A stretch of DNA of 64,000 nt, taken from the human T2T-CHM13v2.0 reference genome, Homo sapiens. The notes below the pieces were generated by a model that was given only the letters and a program-made list of their open reading frames with translations, did not search any database and had not been told where the DNA came from. Positions 55,960-64,000 of the stretch are shown piece by piece (position 1 is the first letter of the stretch; the number at the start of each line of letters is the position of its first letter). Where the stretch lies: assembly GCF_009914755.1 (NCBI RefSeq), contig NC_060935.1; one strand, given 5' to 3'. A program made the translations under genes and the position numbers.

Positions 55960-57150
55960 TGACATTAATATAAGCAAACAGAAAATTGGATTCTCACCTT
56001 ATTCCATACACAAAAATAAATTCCCAATCCATTTAAAACATTCATGTAAACTCCAAAACTATAAAGATTTTAAATATGTTATGCCTGAGTGTAGTGGCTC
56101 ATGCTTGTAACCCCAGCACTTTGGGAAGCCAAGGAAAGAGTATTGCTTGAGCCCAGGAGTTCTAGACCTGCATGGACAACATAGTGAGTAGTGAGACCCC
56201 CACCTCTACAAAATACAAAAAGATTAGCCAGGCGTGGTGGCGTACGCCCGTAATCTCAGCTACTTAATGAGGCTAAGGTGAGAGGATTACTTGAGCCCAG
56301 AAGGGCAAGGCTGCAGTGAGCCATGACTGTTTCACTGCACTCCAGCCTGGGGGACAGAGTGAGATCCCATCATTTATTCATTCATTTCTTTGAGTAAAGA
56401 AGTTGTCTCAAAACACAGAAAATGCTAACTCCATTTAAAATCTCTATTAATTTAAAGGCATTTTAAAGAAAAAACAATCAACACAAGAATGAAATATATT
56501 AGTACATATTATTGACAAAGAAAAAAACTTCAGAATATGTTAAAAATTTCTACATATCAGAAAAACCAATAAAAAATAGGCAAGATATGTTTATAGATAC
56601 TTTATGATGAGAACATATATAAAACAATCATAAATAACCAGGTAATGACAGTAAAAATCACAAATACATATATGACATTAGAAAAAATAGAAAATTGTAA
56701 CATTAAATATAACTGATGATGCAGAACTCTTTCGCCCTCCTGGAAAGGGTGTAAATTGGAAGAGTTTAGCTTCATCTAATAAAGTTGAAGGTGTACATCT
56801 CTTACAACCTACAGAAACTCATGTACATGTACCCCAAAAATTATATCCAACAGTATGTGCGGCGGAATTTTTTTATAATAGTTAAAAATAGAATATCCCA
56901 ATTGGTGATTTAAAATAGCATGGCTGAATACATTGCTGTATGTTTTTCTAATGAATTTTCAAAGAGAAATAGAAATAATACAATAAAAAGTGGATAAATC
57001 TTCAATATAATTTGAATTAAACATATTAAAAAGGTATGCACACAGTACGATTCCAATTATATATAGATTACAATAGAGAAAATTATATTATTTAGGGTTG
57101 TATTAAGAATTAATGAAATTTATTATGAAAGCAAGGAAATGTTTATCACA
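55960..57150 (+). mobile_element. Ancient L1ME-type ORF2 end/3' UTR, interrupted by an Alu
   Basis: 'cttattccatacacaaaaataaattcc', 'aaactcatgtacatgtacccc', 'cagtacgattccaattatata'. Confidence 0.65.
56083..56394 (+). mobile_element. AluJ whose terminal 24 nt are inverted
   Basis: Alu body runs to 'gagatcccat' (56370). 56371-56394 reverse-complements to 'ctcaaagaaatgaatgaataaatg'. Confidence 0.92.
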
Positions 57151-57361
57151 AAATCAGAACTGTAACTGGAATTAAATAATCAGCAATGGCAAGAAAGGAA
57201 AGGAAAATAGGCTTAGAGGGAAGCTGAAGGTTAGGTTGCCTCTGTTTTAGGTATTTATTTCAACAACACAGGACATTTCAATTAAATATTTAAAATAGTT
57301 ATTTGCTCAAAATAGGAGCTAGATACCTAATATGAATAGATAAATTAAAGAACATGAAAAC

Positions 57362-57447
57362 TAGTAAAGATAGAGAATCAAAGAACAAGTAAAAGAGAGT
57401 CTTTTAGTAACAATAGAGAATCAAAGAACAAGTAAAAGAGAGTCTTT
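57362..57447 (+). repeat. 43-bp tandem duplication (41/43 identical)
   Basis: tagtaa(ag/ca)atagagaatcaaagaacaagtaaaagagagtcttt x2. Confidence 0.95.
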
Positions 57448-57539
57448 CAAGATAAATTTTTATAAGAACTACAGAGAATTATGTGTTTAAGGGAGGAAAT
57501 TATTAGCATTACTAGAAGGAAATTTACCAACCCACTTTA

Positions 57540-58520
<981 letters not shown>

Positions 58521-60842
58521 AGGTGTGATAGTGAATGGCATCCTCTGCTAAGGAAATCCTGAGAAGAGAGAGAAGTGAAAAAGCATGCAACCTGCCTCAT
58601 AGATATTTGCTTGGATTTTGTATGGACGTTAGCTGAACTACAGGGAGGCATGTTACATGTTTGAGGTGAGAAAAACGGTAAAAAGATTTATATTTTGCAT
58701 ATTTAACTACTTTATGGTTTTTCTTCTACCTTTGTAACTACATGACTAGGAGAGAAGAGAGTCATAAATGTGAGTACAGAAGAAAGGAAGTTCTTGTAAG
58801 AGATAGCAAATTCTGGATGATACTGTACTGTAATCCCTATGCTTTCAAGATGAAGCTTAATGGATCTTAGGACCCAGACGTTGTAAGGACAAATTACTTC
58901 CAAGTGCAAAATAAATACCGATTGAATGACTGATCAATCTCCATCTTTCTGACTTATTAGAGACTGGCTCAGTGATGCTTGGAATTTCTCTAAGAGTTTC
59001 ACAATCCATTTGAATAGACACTGGAACAGGGAAGTCTCTACTGATAAAATTTTCAGTAGTAATTTCTTATTTGAAACAAATTTTCCACTTGGCTATAAAG
59101 AAAAATGTTCATAAAATTTCAGGCTATACCTAAAATCCTCAAATCATGTTGGTCAACTCCAGATCCAAATTGCTCCCCAAAATATTCATATTAAAATACA
59201 TTTGTGATTTATCTTTATTTTCCAGATATTTTTTAGAGTTTAAAAGATTTCCACCACTCAAAAATAGTGACAAGAAAAGCATTTAGGAGTCACAGTACTG
59301 TGTAAAACATTTCACTTGTTTTTATGAAAATGTATTGGGAAAATTTCTCATTTATTACTCTCTGTACATTTATACAAGGCACACATAGTGCGGTTTGAGG
59401 ATTAAATATTTGCCAGCTAGCTAGCAAATGATCGATAATGTTCCTGTCATTTTGGAAATTACTGAAGAATTATTACATTTATTGACAAAATTATTACATT
59501 ATTACATGAAAGAATTATTACATTTATTGCTCTATGAATTTGCCGAACTATTTTCTTCAGTGCTTTGTACTGTCACTCTACATAGTTTTAAAGATTCTAA
59601 GTCTTGGCTCGATTTTTGTGGCAGGATACTAGAGAATACCCTTTAGATAATGCACCAGTTTTTTCTTTAATTTGGTTAAATATAAATAAAGTCCTAATAT
59701 GGGAGGTATTTCCTTCTGTAAGCAAAATTCTATGTGCATTAAACTTTCCCTTGATTCATATTTCATCTGTTTACTCTAAAGTCAGAAAAGCTAAAAGCAG
59801 TAGCTGTTTCTAGTACCCAGTAGGTGGTGCTTTCAACCAGAGTTTGGTAGTCCTGACTCTGCTTCCACTCTGTATCCTCATCGTAATAACTGTCCAAAGA
59901 TGCGTTGGAAACCAATTTGAATTGAAAAAACTGACTTGCCTTTTCATGTTAAATCTTCAAGTACATCAATGAAGAGTAAATACAACTAGCTTAAAAAATG
60001 GTAATGTCTTACTATACACTTTTAAAAATAAGTAAAATGCAAAACATGACTACAATCATAAAAATAGCATTCCTCTTTTCTTGTTTCTGTATTTTAACTT
60101 TTATTTCTTTTGCAGAACCAACAAAGCTACCAATCAGGAAGATAGGTTCTTTCTCATGGTGTTTACTGGTTCCTGATACATTTGTCAAAATTTTCTTCAC
60201 AAAAGTAGCTTCTTGGTTATATGAAAAAAAAAAAGAAGCATAGAAATCTCCATCTACGTCCCGCTCTTAGTGGGAAATATGTTTCACTTTGCAAAGTTTT
60301 GTGAACCTCTGATAATGAGGAAAAGTCAAGTGGCACTTTCGATGTCAACTCGCCTAATGTATGCTTTTGATCTATGGGTAAACTGTACTTGCTGAGAGCC
60401 AAAGACTCGCCTCTGCTCGTGAGTCAAATCTCCCACTCTAATCACTTTTCCTTACGTTATTGTAGTATACAGGATTGATTATGTGTTTAAAACCCCATTG
60501 TGTGGGAGAGAGGACAGGAAGGAGTTGGTTGGGTTCAAATAATTTTGTATTGTGAGACCCACATATAGTTTAAATCAGAAAAACTAGGATGAAACAATGA
60601 GTAGCTTGGATTCACATTTGCTCTCTAGCCTCCTCTATCACTGATCGCTATTGGGGAGGACAATTATGGTTTTAACTCTTACTTGGTTATTTCATTCTGA
60701 TAATATTGATGCTTAAAATTTTCCTGTAAATTTGAAGCTTACTGATTACACATATATTCATAAGCCAGCCAGTAATTCTCAAACTTAGCTCTGCCTGAAA
60801 AAGACCTGTGCTTTCTTCCCAACACCTGTAAATCCAATTTTA

Positions 60843-62107
<1,265 letters not shown>

Positions 62108-62583
62108 GAAAAATTCTGAAGCCGCAACCTCAGAATTCTTATTCAGTGGATCTTATATGGAGCCAGATTCACAGGTAACTTTGAGAACAGTGTATGACAC
62201 GTCCATCAGTGCCATTTTTCACAAATATTTTCAGATAACAGATTTATAAAATATGAATAAAACAACATAGTCCTCTCAAATATTTCTGGGAAGCATCTGA
62301 AACATAGGATCTCACTATACTTATTCACTTGTTCAAGCACAGGGAATTCCAGCATACTACTCCCCAAGTTATCAAAGTTTAAATATGTTAATCATATTAT
62401 ATTCTTCTCTTTAAATGAATACTGTCTATACTATTTGTACACTATTCACTAGAAACATGGTTGTTAGATGAAGAATGAGAGCGGTTTCATAGACCTAGTG
62501 AAGACTTTTGCCTTGCAAACTTGTATGTCTAAGTCACAGGATATATATATGCTGTATCTCTTTATTTCTGCCTTGTCCTTTTG

Positions 62584-62675
62584 TCATCCTTGCCACAACC
62601 TTCTTTCTGGCTACATATCAAATCATCACCAAATCCCCATTATTTCTACATTCAAAATGTTTCAAACTCGTCTTC
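62584..62675 (-). repeat. Inverted 92-bp copy of 57621-57712
   Basis: Ungapped hand alignment gives 84/92 identical. Confidence 0.93.
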
Positions 62676-64000
62676 AAACTTAGTCTTTTTATCTTTGAAG
62701 CTCAAAGAAGTGTTTTCTTGTGTTCTTGCATGTATGAGCATAGTGATATCAACCACATTTCATTACAAAATAAAATATTAAGAAGTTGAATTAACATGAA
62801 TTACTACATAGCATACACATACTGAATAATAATTTTTTGTGTTGTTTACTTGATTTTAAAACTTCCGTGGCTTATTCAATATTAAATATTTCACATTATG
62901 ACTATTGAGGAAAAGACAAAGACTAAAATAAAATGAGAGAAGCAAAACAAAATACAAGGTGAATATTCGGTTTCATTTTTGCAGCTTTATCTCTATGTTT
63001 CCAGATAATTTCTAAAAACTATTTCCTTTGAGTTTTTGGAGAGTTTTGTGGGGCCCCAACTAATGGCACCTTTTTTTTGCCCCAAAATGGCTAACCTGAT
63101 TTATAAGATAATGAAGAAAGGATAAAAGTATGAAGGCACAAACGTTAACTTAAAAATTATGATTCAATCTCTGGACAAGCAGTCTTATGATACAAGACAC
63201 CAGAATTAGTCACAATTACCTACCCGGTAATAAGCAGGACTGGAAAAGTGTAGGGTTTCCTGAGTGGGAAGCCTGCCCTTGTCATGAAGGCACAGACCAG
63301 AACATATGCGTACTGTGGGCAGAAGAAGGATAAATGCACCAGACTACAGATTTCAAATTTCTCTCTCTAATCTTACTAGTCAGGATAAGTCACTCCTCTA
63401 CCCCGGGGGAGGAATGAGTAGAAGGCAGAGGGCGTCCCCCTTATAGTGCATTAGATAATTGTTCTTGTCATTTGTGTATAACAATATTTTAGTCAATCAG
63501 TCTAAGGAGACAAGCAGTTTATCAGAATACATTTTGGGACCTTTGCATAACATTTTATTTTCTTCGTTATAGAATATTAAACAAGTCAGGAGAAAAACTT
63601 GATTACATCATTCTGCACCCAAGGTTGATAACTTATATTCTATTTTCAGTCAAAAATTATAACCAGTTACATCATTCTAGAGAGCGTAAGAAATTCTGCA
63701 ATAAGATTACATTTTGACAAGATGCTTCCATAATAAAATGTCAAAATAGAGATGCCCAAAATTTGAATGTAATTCCCTCTTCCATTATCAAATTCTCAGG
63801 TAAAATTAAAATTTGAATATTATATCTTCTCACAAATTAAATTTCTAAGACATTTAATTCCAAAGAAATTAAATCCAAAAGCAAAATATCTTGACCATGT
63901 GAGTAAAATCTCCAAAATTATTTCCCCATTGTTTTGTTATTCTTTTCAATCTCTGTTAGAAGTATTGCCAGTGACTGAATTTAGTTGGTATGCATTCAAC

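Noticed and set aside
57362-57447. Direct repeats as a CRISPR-like array
   Set aside because: Only two abutting units, no spacers, and a eukaryotic context.

Overview
AT-rich, CpG-depleted primate (human/great-ape-type) genomic DNA made largely of interspersed repeats. It contains about ten L1 pieces from ancient L1M/L1ME to a young L1PA2, seven Alus, several solo LTRs (THE1, LTR7/HERV-H, MER39-like, MLT1/MLT2), L2/MIR relics and DNA-transposon relics (MER2, MER3, MER6-like, MER81). I see no credible host protein-coding exon, RNA gene or CpG island. Every ORF with a recognisable product is an L1 ORF2 remnant or an Alu/LTR read-through. L1s lie on both strands, consistent with a gene desert or deep intron. 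I found no evidence of a novel multi-gene system. The most interesting structures not explained by ordinary repeat annotation are: (1) a near-perfect ~85-nt GC-rich hairpin at 21738-21822; (2) a 92-bp, 91%-identical inverted copy of an L2-derived segment ~5 kb from its donor (57621-57712 vs 62584-62675); (3) a 24-bp micro-inversion that flipped an Alu 3' end and tail (56371-56394); (4) a twin-primed L1PA2 with an 18-bp TSD; (5) a tandem Alu pair with a triplicated target site. Subfamily names are from recall of consensus sequences, not from a search.
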